A stretch of DNA of 64,000 nucleotides, from the NCBI GenBank assembly GCA_013239625.1, contig MU053209.1, forward strand, positions 111,456 to 175,455, read 5' to 3'. The notes beneath the pieces are model-generated. The model was not told the DNA's origin. It searched no databases and saw only the letters and a list, made by a program, of their open reading frames with translations. This DNA comes from Lama guanicoe (taxonomy: Eukaryota). This document shows positions 27,701 through 41,587 of this stretch, piece after piece (within the stretch, counting starts at the first letter, position 1; each line of letters starts with the position of its first letter). A program made the translations under genes and the position numbers.

Positions 27701-29129
27701 ATGAGCAAGGGAGGGAGGCAAGGAAAGCAAACATCAATGAGCACACACATACAATTGTATTTTTTCTCCCTGGTAAACCATGAGTTATACCCTTCTTGGA
27801 GCTTTTCTCAAGGGTATGAGTGATAACTGCACAGAGAAAACTCTTCTCTGACAATAACTATTCAAGAAGTATGTATATGAAGGGCGTTCTGGAAGTGGTG
27901 CATGATTTCATTACTGTAAGAGACGTCTCCTCTCCTTTTGGGACATGGGCATCCACGGGGGATCAAGTGAAATATTTTTAAAAATGTTTTCTTTAACATT
28001 TATATCTGTAAAGATAGATTTTTTAAAACATAGTTTAACGGTGACTCTCTTATAAAAAGAGAGTCAAGTAAATATTGCTGGAAACAGGAGGGCTTGAGCT
28101 AGCTTACCTAATGTCAAGCTTTTTGAATTTCTTAGTTTGTTTGACTGAAAGTCTAAATCGAAAGCATCAGTCTCTTGGTGTGCCTGTATCACATAATCAG
28201 ATGTCACTCTTTTTACAAATGCACGTAAACGAACTGTGATGCTGGTTATCGCATGAGCTCTCTCATCCACACAGGCCTTCAGCAAATCTCAGCAGGTCCC
28301 ACCGCTTTCTAGCTTGGGCCAGATGCCCTGCAGATTAGTTGGTAAACTACCAGAAATCTATCTTGCATCCCCCGTAACACTGAGGGTGAATGAACTCTCT
28401 ACCAAAATAGCTCCTTTCTTACTTCAGTTTCAGCAAAGGACATGCAGGGTATAGAGTGATAGTCAAAAATAATATCTCCACATATAGAAAATCCTTGTGA
28501 ATCATCTACTGAAGTAAGTTTTAGTAGAAGTGTAAAAAGCTCAAGAGCTGAATGCAAAAACAATCAAAACAATCGCACTTAAAATAATGCTTACCGTGAA
28601 TTAAAATGTTACCATCAACAGGCTGTCCTAGATGTGTGTACGTCTGCAGGCTGGTGTTGTCCTTCCTTAGAATGAGTTACACTCAGTCAAATTCCTCCTT
28701 TTCTTTGCAACCTTCTGATATTGAAATTACGTCTTTTTGCAATTATATTTGCAAATCATCTTTAGTTCCTGGAATGTAATAAAAATACATAGTAATTTTA
28801 GACCTAGGAATAAGAGTAGTTCAGATTAAAGAACTCACAATCAGATATTGCACTGTTTCTTATTTGTCTCCATTCAGCTTATTCAAATGATCCGCAAACT
28901 GATTTCACAGTACCTTGATAAAATGTTATGGCTATTAATAGGGGATTTAAGTACCTGCAAATTTATTCATTTTCATACAAGAGATTGATATGAGTGCATT
29001 TTTGCAAAATATACAATGAAAATTATCCCATCTATAACTTGTTATATTAATCATTAAATAGTGGAATATAGCTTTTTTTAGGTTTTTATTATTGTGGAAT
29101 TCACAAACAAAATTGAAAGGGTACATTCT

Positions 29130-29345
29130 TTTTTACTTACTTTTTTTAACCTTTTTACTGAAGTATAGTCAGTGTACAATGTTGTGTTAATTTCTGGTAT
29201 TCAGCATAGTGAATCAGGTATATATATATATTCCACTTCAGATTCTTTTTCACTCTAGGCTATTACAAGGTAATGAATGTAGTTCCCTGTGCTATACAGT
29301 AGGACCTTGCTGTTCATCTACTTTGTGCATAGCAGTTAGTATCTG
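29130..29345 (-). mobile_element. Young LINE-1 3' tail, antisense
   Basis: tttttactgaagtatagtcagtgtacaatgttgtgttaatttctgg...agttccctgtgctatacagtaggaccttg. Confidence 0.85.
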
Positions 29346-32300
29346 GAAAAAGACACATTCCTGAAGTAAGTTGAAAGTAGCTAGAGCTTTCTAAGCACTG
29401 ATTTGTGTTAAATGGCCAATTTTAATATAAAGAATGTTTAGAACATACTATTATTTCCTAAAAGCAAAATAAAACCTGGTAAGAATTCTCAATAAACAAC
29501 ATCAAAATTCAGTTATCATTACTTGAATGTTTTTCATTTGTTGTTCATTTGTGTGTTTTTGCACTTTTACCCCATATTGAATATTATAATAGTTATCTTT
29601 ATTATATCAACTGTAAAATCATAATGCTGAAAAGGTAAATTAGTAAGATTCCTATCTCAGTTAATCAAATAACTTTCCTAATTCACAGGTCATGATCTTA
29701 AATCCATCATTTCATCATTACAGTCCAGTATTATTTGGCTTTTGTGTTTTTATCTTCACTGTAACTAAAATCAATAAATTCTAGATGGATGAAAGAATAA
29801 ACCTGTATTTGATTAAAAAAATTAAAGACTCTGAGGATAAGTAAAATCCATCTGTACTAGTAGTCTGAGACTATGCTCAAATGCATCATTTTGGATTTGA
29901 AGGACAGGCAAATTTCAATTTTCTTATTTTTATGCATACCATTTTAGGATTAAGTAATTTATCTTGGTTTTTAAAAAGCAAAGCTAACGACTAAAAATGG
30001 TCTTGATTGATTGATTGATAGTCTTTTAAGTATTTAAGATTTGGCAATGTTTTTGTCATCAAAGAACAGTACAACCAAACACGGTCTACTTAATCCACAT
30101 AAGAGGAACTTGCTAAAAATGTTAACTTGGGTTCAGTTACATTAAATATCTTTCTGTTATGTTAATTACCATGAGAGCTTCCTTAAATGTGATTATTAGA
30201 AACTTGTCAGAAGTATTAGATCATAAATGCCAATAATCCATACTGGAGTGAACTATGTATGAGTTCTTGAAATGTCATAATGAAGTTAAGGATATAAATC
30301 CATCAAAAATAGATAATACACTATTTGAATAAACAGTGGTTCTGGCATTAATCTTAAACCTCTTCTCACAAGGAAGATTTCAAAAGTAATGAGTAGGAGA
30401 AATTGTTTTGCTCTGGTGAAATTTTTTTCTTCATCTCATTTACCATCACCTGTTGACATGAGTCTGACACATCTGCTGGTCTGTCCTGATGTGATCACTT
30501 TATTGATATACTGGTTGCAACTCTATGAAAATTGGCCAAATCCCAAATGTCATTTTTTTTCATCAACTCTATTTTTTTCATTGCTGTTACTGTCCTTTTT
30601 TTTCTCCTATCAAAGCTCACCTAAGTACCGTAGCCTCAAACAGCAGTTTTTCACACATGATCAAGGAATTTATGTTCTTTTAAAACATTAAAAATTGTAT
30701 TTATTTTGATACTTCTGTAAGGAGCTATCTTATAAAATTCATAGGGCTCATAGCATGATCTTTAGGTGATTTGCAGTTTAGAAAAATTGTCTTCCAGCCT
30801 CCATTTGAATATAAACTATGTGTAAGCAGCTGTATTTGTTAGCTTCTTTGGTTTTCTGGTGTGCATAAGGACATCAAAGTGTGATGGGCATGCATGTACT
30901 GGGCACAAAATAAGTATTTTTGAATAAAAGAATTTAGACTTTATTCAATGTCTATAAACTGAGTTTCTCTGCTCCACTACCTAATAATAACAATATAATA
31001 ATAATGTTTTGGCTTATTAACTCAAAGCCATTTGGTTGTCAAAGTCCACCATCCTCACGTCTGGGTTGCTCACGTTATAACGTGGATGATCTCTTAGTCC
31101 TTCATACTTGCTGTCTGTTCTTTAAATCATCAAAACTGTATATAATTTTGTAAAGTATATATATAAGTAGAGCTATCATCTCTAAATTGAGTTTTAACCC
31201 AATTGGTTAAGTAAAGCTTCAAATGAAATAATTAAGATCGATGATTTTGTGAATGAGATTCAGTAATATTTTAGTGAAGAGGCAGATCAGTGGTGTGGTA
31301 TGAATGCGTACATCTTCCAAAGGTGGGTGAGACTTGAGCCAAGCTGAGATGTGGAGGAGATGATGGAAAAGAATGATCACTGATGGGGTGGCTGCACACA
31401 GGGCCCCGGTAATGCCATCTATGACTTAGTCCTTACACATCTGGTCTCAAATATTGGTAATTGTATGTTGTTCTATTTGAAAAGATTTTAAACACCAATT
31501 ATGAAATATATTCTAACTCTGTTCTCTAATCCATTCCTCAGTAATATGACAAATGTGAAAGAACATTTTAGCATGGTTATTTTATTAACACAACCCTTCA
31601 AAAAAGAGTGAGATGGATCCCCAGCTTAGTCTGATAAATTAACTTTTCCTTAGTGAATACTGTCATATTAAATGTAGCATATTATTAGTCCACATTATGT
31701 ATCATAGATGTGTTGAAAAATGAAAACTGCATATTAATAAGAGTATTATGACAATCATTACTTAAATAATGTATGTTTCACAATTTAAAAGTGGCATATC
31801 TGACTTGGTCATAAGGATGGAGAAGTTTCATTTATTTGTGGGGGCAATGAAGAAGAAATGCAATAAAATGACAACCTAGACAGAACTGACCAGATGCTGA
31901 AAGCAGATGGAAAACTTAGAGTCAAGTATTAAAAGAGCAAGTTTACAATGCTGCAGCTGGTAATTCAAATATCTCGGTATCTAATCAGGCAACATCTGGC
32001 CTAAAAATGCTATTCAGAGGTTTTCCAGCAGTAAGAACCACAATATAATTTAATAATCAAAACTGAATTTATAAAGCTAGCCAATGAGCAGAAACTCAGA
32101 AGACCTTCCCACAGTATCTCTCAACTTTTCAAAACAAGGACAAGAAAGTGTTATAACTTGCCTTTTGATAATTAAACTCCACATATTGCAAAATGAAGTT
32201 GCATAAAAGTTTAATCAAACTCAGTGGGTGCCATTAAAAAGGCAATAAACAAATGATTGCATAAATAACAACAAACTTCTGCATTCCCTTCAGTTGTTGA

Positions 32301-34099
32301 AGGACAAAATAAACAAAGTGGCACTTGAGTAACTGGCAAAATACACAGCACTAAAAAAAAAATTCATATTTAATTGTAAAACGTTATGGGGGCCTCAGTT
32401 TCTCCTAACTCCATTTTCATTTGTTATGTCTTAATTTTTTTGTTATTAATTTGAGTAAGAAATATAAAGAAATAGGGAGTTAATGACTCAATAATGTTTA
32501 ACATGAGAGAGATCAACATGCAAAAGCATTTTCGTTCTGGATAATCAAAATTAATTATTTCATTTAGTAGTGTTTTATCCTTAATTAAGAGGAAATAATA
32601 TCCTATAAATTATACTACATCTCTCCATAAATCTTGCTATAGTCCTCAGTGGATTCAAAGCTTGTATGTAAGAAGTAAACATTATGTCAAACCTCTTTCT
32701 CTGTCTGGTTCCAGCTTAATTTCTCTGTCTTAATCCAGCTTAATCTAAACTCATCAACCAACAGTTCCTCCCATGAATGGTAAATATAGTGTGCGTTAAA
32801 TTAGTCACGATTGTACAAGAAAAACATCATCTTCCACTTCATACTATTCATAATGCCTAAGCCTTGTGTTTGTATGTATTTTTATATATAAATATATATA
32901 TATATATACACACACAAAAGATACATTACTACATCTGAGATAGCCATTATCCGATTACATAGAAAATTAACTTCTAAAATAATAATAGTAGTGAAAGTTT
33001 ACAGTCATCTTACATTAAAAGATATTTTGAAATGTAACACTAAACGTTCATGTTTTCAGAATGATTTTTTAGAAGGGTGGTGGGGCTGAATTTCTTGCAT
33101 ATAATTGAATGAAATGTAGCCAAGAATATAGTAAATTGCTTACTTTGAAAAAGTGATAATCATCACCTTTCCTCCATCGAAAACTCTCCTCTCTGATTTA
33201 GTGATTGACTCATTTGATAGTCAGCTCTCTATCCCTATCAGATGAAGAAAAAGAAACACATCACTGACTTCCAAACATGACACTGGGATAAAAGTTCCTG
33301 CAATGTCTCTGACACTAGCAGTGATTTTCAAGTTTGTTTTTTGTTTTCTCTCACAAATCATTAGTCCCTAGGTCTACATTAATCTAAGTAATGTTGGAGT
33401 ACTTCCAGAGTACTGCTAGAGAGTTGCCACTTTGTCACAATCCAAATATGTGTTATTGGGACTTCTGTGTCTTAGAAAATAACAAAAGAAAAATAAGGTT
33501 TACAGGTATGGATGGTGGAATTAAAAGTGACAACGACAAGTTGTAAGGTGTACATAGAAAAACTATAAAGAAAAAACATCAGAAAGACTGTAATATTGAT
33601 GGCAAACTTCTCTGAGTGTTGAAATGGTTTGTGTCCAAGAGACTTCAAACTGGAGTCCCTAAGACATTATTGTACTTCAGAGAGATGTCTGCTTTATAAA
33701 AGTCACGCTTAATTTTAGCCAAACAATACAAAATTGAATAATCAACACATGATCCATTAGATATCTTATTTTCCTGGAAAACTGGAAAAATTAAAATTTC
33801 ACTATATATCAACGGGAAGAATATTGCCGTATTCTTCCTAAATGACTACTGGTGTGACACTATTAAGGTTTTAGGAGCAGCTATAGGACTGTTTGAACAG
33901 CAACCTTTTTTCCTAATAGTGATCTCTCTACCCATCCACCCCTACCTCCCCGAACATACAGTGATGCCCCAAAAGGTCTTCCCAGCTACAGTTAAAGAAG
34001 CTCGGTGTGGAAAAGTGAATCAGGAGGGGCGAAATGTGTCTCCACCGAAAGCATCAAAACATTTCCTTTTTGCATATAACAGATATAGAGATAAATTAC

Positions 34100-34358
34100 A
34101 GGGTTCTCTGTGGCCAAATTGTCCACAGTGAGAAGACAACATGGCCCCCAATGAGAGAGAACGAGAAGCAGAAATTGGAAAAAGCAGAGATAACTGTTCA
34201 CAGCTGAAGGGTTCCTGATGTCCAGGAGAACGTATGTCCTGACCTGACGCTGTGTTCAGTTCCTTTTTGGATTTCAAGAACCAATTCAATCTCCTCATAA
34301 GCTAAACGTATTTGAGCAAAATTTCACAAGCAAAGTAACTGATTCCTATTACTAATAC
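34100..34358 (+). mobile_element. Possible MaLR (MLT1-like) LTR relic
   Basis: gagagagaacgagaagcagaaattgg...ctaaacgtatttgagc...ctattactaatac; weak resemblance only. Confidence 0.3.
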
Positions 34359-34761
34359 CTGTTCTCTGCCAAGAAGGAGAACTAGAAAACAGATTCACCT
34401 TTCCATTTGGAATGCCCAGGAAAAGAAAAAAAATTTATAAAATAAAAATGACAAGACATCGGATATCAGTTTAATCCCGAAGATGCAGAGCGAAAATGAG
34501 CTTGTAACTATGAACTATCTAGAGAGAGTTTCCAGGTCAACGTAGAAGGAAAGGGAATCAAAGTGAAGCTATGCAGACCCGGTGAAGCGAAGACACAGAT
34601 CAGAGGCTGAGAACCTCGGGCACTTAGAGTTTACAGGGCAGAATTCTGGAGAAAACTCTGGAAACCTACAGAAGTTTCTCCTTGTTTATTCAGCTGAGTA
34701 CTGACCAATACATGAATAGTACAAGGAAACCATAAGAGGCCTGGGAAATAGCCCCTGAAAG

Positions 34762-35316
34762 TGAGGCGGGAAGCCCCATGAAAAGACCAGCAGGACCCCT
34801 AGGCAGGGCCGCTGCTCTCCTCCCAGCACCAACCGGTTCCCTGGCCCAGAAGCTCTATCTCACTTTCTGCCTCTAAAGTGGCTAACTTACAGCTAAAATT
34901 CTATTGGTTCCCTGAGCTCATTTCTGATTGGTTTTTTCCTTCACTCCTGATTGGGTATTACTCTCACTTCTGATTGGTCCACTTCCCTAACTTCTTATTG
35001 GTCCATTTGTAGTACTTCATTTGCATGGAGCTCACTCCTGATTGGTCTATTTCTACAAAGCTTGTTCCTGGTTGGTCAACTTCTGTTATACTTTATTTGC
35101 ATATGATGTTGCAAAGTGTAAAATTGACAGCCTATAAAAGGCCTATGTAAACCTGCAGATGGGGTCCAGAGCTTGAAGTGTTAACTCCTCTGGGCCTGCT
35201 GGTGTAATAAACCTGAGTTCTCCAACTCTCTGAGTGCTGCTTGGTTTCTCTCCCGGATGCAGGTTGCTGTCACAATTGAGCTGTAACACAAAGCTGTAAC
35301 ACATTTTTCTGCAACA
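34762..35316 (+). mobile_element. ERV1-class solo LTR with intact promoter architecture
   Basis: TG...CA ends, perfect 4-bp TSD aaag (34758-34761 / 35317-35320), TATA 35133-35139, AATAAA 35206-35211. Confidence 0.9.
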
Positions 35317-35649
35317 AAAGGGATTAACAAAATCATCAGAGTTCACAGAGGAAAGAGGTTAGCACTTGATCCCATGATCCAGTGAGGAAAACCTCTTCTG
35401 TAAGGGTAGTCAGCAGTGGGGAAAATTAACATCCAGTCTAAACACAATGAGTATCCCACGTAACAACAGTTTAACAAGTCAACACTCCCAAAGATCAAAC
35501 TGTTTTCAAGTAACTTAACCTCATCACAGAATAAACCTCAAGCACATTAAAAGCAATATGGACACATCCAGCACTTACTAAGGAAATGTTCAGAATGGCC
35601 AGTATTTGAAACAAATAAAATATGACATAAACAGCAACTCAAAGAAGCA

Positions 35650-37955
35650 CAAAGAGAGAAATCAGAATAAGGAGAAAATATAAATCAACTGAAATGGATA
35701 CAAAAGGGAAAAGAGAGAAGGCACAAATTACAAGTAACAAAAATAAAAGAGGAGCCATCACTCCTGATCCTGTGAATGCGGAAAGGATAATAAAGGTATA
35801 TGATGAACTCTGTGCCCACAGGCTTAATAGCACAGATGAAGTGGACAAATTTCTTTAAAGACACAGCTACCAAAACTCACATAGGCAGAATAAACTGCAG
35901 AGGCTCACGCTGACTAAATAAATTGAATCAATAATAAATATGCTTTTAAAACAGCAAAGTGTCAGGCCCAGATGTGCTCACTGGTGAATTCTAACAAACA
36001 TTTAAAGAAGAAATTATTCTAATTCTCTACAATCTCTTCTAGAACACAGAGGCAGAGGGAGTACTTCCTAACTCACTTCAGGAGCCAGTATTACCCTAAT
36101 ACCAAAACTGGACAGAGATATATCACAAAAAAGGAAAAGTGCAGACCAGTATCAGTCATCAAAATAGATGTAAAAATCCTTAACAAAGTAAGAGCAAATA
36201 GAATCCAATGACGTATAAACAGTATAAATCACAAGCAGGTGGGACTTATTCTAGGTGTGCAAGATTGGTCTAACATTCAGAAATTACTCTGTTATCCATC
36301 ATCAACAGCCTAAAGAAGAAAAATCACATGACCATATCCATAAATGCAAAAAATGGCACTTGAGAAAGCCCCACACCCAACATAATAAAAACTCTTAGCA
36401 AACTGGGAATAGAGGAAAGTCCCTCAGCTTGAGAAAGGACAGCTATAAAACACATGACAGCTGGCAGTTGCATTTAATGTGAGAAACTAGATGGTTTCCC
36501 AATAAGATCAGGAAAAAGGCAAGGATATGTGCTTTCACACATAATGTTTGACATTGGCTAGACGTTTTAGATAATGCATCAGACATTAAAATAAAATAAG
36601 AGACAGACTGGAAAAGAAGAAATAAAATGGCCTTTGTTCACAGATGACACTACTGACTATGTAGAAAACTCTGAACAATCACCACCAACAAAAAACATTC
36701 CTGGGAGCTAATAAGCAATTAGGGCAAGGTTGCAGGATATGAGTTTAATACACAAAAGTCAATTGCTTATTTATATACCAGCAATAAAATATTATTATTT
36801 AAAATTAAAAGCAAAATATCATTTACATTAGTACCAAAATATGAAATACTTTGGCATAAAACTAACAAAATATGTACGAGATCTATATGAGGAAAATCAT
36901 AAAACTCTGATGTAAGAAATCAAAGAAGATCTAAATGAAAGGAGAGATGCTCTAAGTTGTACACACAGAAAGACACATTATTGCCAAGATTTCAGTTTTC
37001 CCCAACCTGATACGTAGATGTAACACAAAGCAATCAAAACCCCAGGAAGCCACTTTGCGGATGTCAACAAACTGAATCTGAAGTTTATAAGATACAAAGG
37101 ATCCCACACAGCCAACACTAGAGCGAAGGAGGGAACCAGTCAGAGCCCTGACTCTGACTTTAAGACTTATGATAAAGCTGTAGGAATCAAGGCAGCGTGG
37201 TGTTGGTGAGAGGGTAGATAATACAGATCAGTGGGACAGAACACAGAACACAGGAATGGATCCAGAGATGGGTATTTTCTGCTGATCAGCCACAAAGGTG
37301 TAAAGGCAATTCAGGGGAGAAAGTAGAGAAATGCTTGTCGACAAATGGTTCTGGAAGAATTGGACATCTATGTAACCTCACAATATATGGGGGAAATAAA
37401 CTAAAAATGACATTTAGCATTATAAGCTAAGTGTAAAACTAAAATAATAAAATATCTATAAGAAAACATAGAATGAAATATTTACGATCTTGAATTAGGC
37501 AAATATTCCTTAGGTAAGGCACCAGAACAATATTAATAGTATTTAATTAATATTAAAAGAAAACTATATATTAGACTTCTCAAAATGAGGAATCTCTGCT
37601 CATTGTAAAGACACTTGTAGAAAAGTAAAAAGACAAACCTCAGAGTGGCAGAATATTTGCAAATTATGTAACTCGTAACACACTAGTATCCAGAATAATA
37701 AAAACTCTCAAAACTCAATTAAAAGAGAATATGAAAATGAATATATGTATGTACAAGCATGACTGGGACATTGCTGTACACATTTGACACATTATAACTG
37801 ATGGTACTTCAATTAAAAAAAAACCCTCAATTAAAAGAAAGCCAACAGCTCAGTAGAAGTGGTCAAACTAAACAGATACTGCACCAAAGAAGACATGCAA
37901 ATGTTAAATAAGCTCGTAAAATTATGCCCAACACAATTAGTCACAGAGAAATGCA
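35650..37955 (+). mobile_element. Old L1M ORF2 relic including RT region
   Basis: gatgaagtggacaaatttctt; ccagatgtgctcactggtgaattctaacaaacatttaaagaagaaatt; ttgttcacagatgac (FADD-like); many stops and indels. Confidence 0.85.
37727..37825 (+). mobile_element. About 100-bp young L1 3' tail nested in the old L1
   Basis: gaatatgaaaatgaatatatgtatg...cttcaattaaaaaaaaa flanked by 13-bp TSD ctcaattaaaaga (37714-37726 / 37826-37838). Confidence 0.85.
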
Positions 37956-37959
37956 ATGA

Positions 37960-38370
37960 TTTCATTTATGCATTCATCAAATACATGCAATGGCTCACCT
38001 ATTATGCTCCAGGAATTATGTGACATACAGAGGACCAGATGTGAGAGAGGTTAAGGTGATGCCCTCAGGTCTACAGTCCAGTGGGAGCACTGACGCAAAT
38101 CCAAACAGTGTGATGAGTGGTGGAAAAGGAATGTGCAAAAAACGCATAGTGATGCGCGTAGACAAACAAATGAGCCGATAAACAAAAACTATTCATGGAG
38201 GTCCTAATTTAATCTTGGAGGATGGGGAAGACATGCTGAGGAAGTGTGTTCGTGCTAAGAACTGAAAGATAGTAAAGCAGGTGAGTCATGAGTGATGTGG
38301 GGTGGATGGGATGAGGGTCTAATACTACAGCAGTCACTTGTCAGAAGAAAGCGCAAGATGTTCAAAGAGC
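37960..38370 (-). mobile_element. LINE-2 relic, antisense
   Basis: ttcatttatgcattcatcaaatacatg...cacctattatgctccagg...gccctcaggtctacagtccagtggg. Confidence 0.6.
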
Positions 38371-38621
38371 CTGTGTTATTTTCTTTATGTTTTCTCACTC
38401 TGTATTATTTTTAAAGGCTGTCTGTATAAAGGCTTTTTGATTTGGGGAGATCATAGCACGCAATATATTATTTTTAATGAGCTAAGCAGAAAATCTTTGC
38501 TGGACTTTTAACAGTGAATTTTACTTTATTCAAATACTAAAAAGAGCTTAAAATGTCTCAATATTTCTTATTCTTTTGCTACCAGGAACTAGTTATTGGT
38601 ACTTATCCATCTATCCATTAT

Positions 38622-38967
38622 CTATTTTAACATCTATTCCTACGCATCTATCTATCCTTATTTAAGAAAAATCCTAATTTCTTAATTGATTTAACTTAAA
38701 CTGTATCTTCTCTTTAGTCTTTTATGATCTGCTGTTTACAGTAATTTCCACAAATGACAATGCACTCAGTTTACAGCACATGCAGGTAATTCCACTATTT
38801 TAACATCTATTCCTACGCATCTATCTATCCTTATTTAAGAAAAATCCTAATTTCTTAATTGATTTAACTTAAACTGTATCTTCTCTTTAGTCTTTTATGA
38901 TCTGCTGTTTACAGTAATTTCCACAAATGACAATGCACTCAGTTTACAGCACATGCAGGTAATTCCA
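38622..38967 (+). repeat. Perfect head-to-tail tandem duplication, 2 x 173 bp
   Basis: 38622-38794 equals 38795-38967; no difference seen. Confidence 0.95.
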
Positions 38968-39324
38968 GGCCAGTCTAGAATAAATCTCAAAGATTATTCC
39001 TAGATCTTTCCTCCACACTTCCATTGCCTTTTGTTTCTCATTCATTTGCTAGGCTTTTCTTCAGATTATAGTGTGTTTAAATAAAATAAATACATTTCAA
39101 CTTTAACAATGCCACGTTACTCATTAGAGGAAGTTTGAACAACGTAGAGAAGTGCGTAGAAAATTAATCATATTTATCTATATTTAGATAAATGCTGTTG
39201 TGTTTTTGTGTTTTCCATGCAATATTCAAATGTAAGTTTGGTTAGTTTTGGAATTTACTCTGCCCCATTTTAATCATTTTCTATTTTATGTTTTATAATT
39301 TTTTTAAAATTAAAATTGAAATAA

Positions 39325-39837
39325 TGTAATAGAGGAGACAAATCTGACTCTATACTGGATCTGTTCCTTTAGTTTTAACCACTGCGCCCTGTTTTCTAGG
39401 CTTAGTCTTGCCAGCTCTGCACCTTTTCGCCTTAAGCCTGAAATATACAGGAGAGCCTATCCTGGGGCTCTGACCTTTAAGGATGTTAGCACTTCTGCAC
39501 TTAAGTAGAGATGGCAAGTTGCAAAATAGAGAACAACCTTTGTTTTGTTGGAGGCTTACAGGGACACCATGACTGGCCCACCAGGAGGGCTGCAAGAACA
39601 AAGAGTGCCTGCAGCAAGGAGTTTGCAACAACCAACCACACCCCCTCCCTTGTTTTTTGTATGAAAGGAGCCTGTATTCTGACTGGAGTAGGATGGTTCT
39701 CCAAGACATTGGTCTGTCTGCCAGCCTCTTGGTCGGCCAGTTTTCTGAGTAAAGTCACTATTCCTTGCCCCAACACCTTGTCTCCTGGTTTACTGGCCTC
39801 CTGTGCGGCGAGCAGAACGAGTTTGGACTCGGCAACA
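39325..39837 (+). mobile_element. ERV1-class solo LTR
   Basis: tgtaatagaggag...gagtttggactcggcaaca; TSD ataa/gtaa (1 mismatch); AGTAAA-type polyA signal near 39748. Confidence 0.85.
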
Positions 39838-41309
39838 GTAACATCTGAAAGAACTAATATTTTTGATCAGTTACTGTGATCCTTATAAGTAGCCAAGATA
39901 TATGTTTAATTTTTGAATAACTATGAAATAGGTATTATTAGCTTCATATTAGAAAGGATGAAACAGAACATAGTATCTTTTGTTGCAGTTTGGAAACCAT
40001 GTTTGTGATCCTAACAAGTCTAATTACAATTCTACGTTCTACATTTTTTATACTATTTTATAATTTTAGTGTTTTAAAATGTTTTAAATATGAATATTTC
40101 AAAACTATAAATGTAAATAATATAAACAACATAAATATGTTTGAGGATGAAACTATTAGTTCTGAGTCATGCAACAAAAGCTGAGAATGAAAACTATAAA
40201 GCAACCGGTAAAATCTCATCTATTCTTACACATTTTTTCATATATAGCAAGTCATAATTTATAAGTGTATACATACATATATATGTTGGCAGCCAAATAA
40301 TACTTCGTAAATAAATATGCACTGAATAAAGTAAATAAAGTTCAAGTTTAAAGCAAAATAGCATTACAAAATAGGCTTACACATACAAAATAAATATCCC
40401 TTTGACCCAAAATTTTCAACATGGTTTTTTTTGTCATGATCTCATAAGCAAATCATGAGTTTGACAATTTTCATTATGTGAGTCTCCAAATTGAATTGGT
40501 TAATTCTGCCAAGAATTGTTGCCATTTGTCATTCTTTAAATAGTTTTTCAGTTAAATTTGGATAAATGACGGAGAGTATAAAAATAATTTAATAAAAAAC
40601 ACAGCATGCACTCATATTTTGATATTATATTGAATTCTGCTATGGTATATGCTATTTTAAATACTGCATCACCATTTTAAATTTTTCATCAATGATTTTT
40701 CACTTATTTTAACTTTTAAAAGGAGTGATTGCAATTTTATATATTAGAATATAACAGTATTTTATATACTCAGTGAAGTTTATATTATATATTTTCATAA
40801 ATTCTAAATAATTGATTTAGACTTAAAAATGCAAATGATAGCAACAAAAATAGTTGGTCCTTCAAGTCTTTTGGTTGTATTAAAATAGCTAGTAACTGAT
40901 GGCAAATAACAAACTGTGATCTCATATGTAGAAAATTTATTAAAGTTTTGAGAATAGTTACCTCTTGGCCATAAACATGTCTAATTATACATATTTTAAT
41001 TGAATCTTGATGAGACTTTAGAGAAGGGTGTCTTGTTTTGAATTGTTCTTGGTGCTTGAAATATGATTTTAAATCAGTTTTAGCCTAGCTTTAAAAATAA
41101 TAGCATAGTCCTTATACTATATACTATAGTTTATATATGGATTTGTGTGTGTATATATATGTGTATGTATATGCATTTACACATATGTTAAAGTTTTATT
41201 GTAGTTTAAAATTGCATACATAATTCTGGCAATGTTTACTCCATAATGTGACTAAAATTTGCTTCCTAATGTTGTGTAGTTTTCATGTCTTAACTCTATC
41301 AATAAATTC

Positions 41310-41587
41310 TTTTTTTTTAAATTGAAGTACAGTCAGTTTACAATGTTGTGTCAATTTCTGGTGTACAGCATAATATTTCAGTCATACATATACATACATA
41401 TATTTGTTTTCCTATTCTTTTTCATTATAGGTTGCTACGAGATATTGAATACAGTTCCCTGTGCTATACAGTATAAACTTGTTGTTTATCTATTTTATAT
41501 ATAGTAGTCAGTATCTGCAAATCTCAAATTCCCAGTTTACCCCTTCCAAACTCCTTCCCCTCACCCCCCACCAGTAATTGTAAGTTT
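41310..41587 (-). mobile_element. Young LINE-1 3'UTR, antisense
   Basis: ttttttttaaattgaagtacagtcagtttacaatgttgtgtcaatttctggtgtacagc...agttccctgtgctatacagta. Confidence 0.9.

Noticed and set aside
34895..35080. CRISPR-like periodic repeat
   Set aside because: Degenerate CCAAT units within a mammalian LTR; no repeat-spacer structure or cas genes.
39350..39879. Three overlapping 91-122 aa ORFs
   Set aside because: They lie in a solo LTR; no gag/pol/env motifs.
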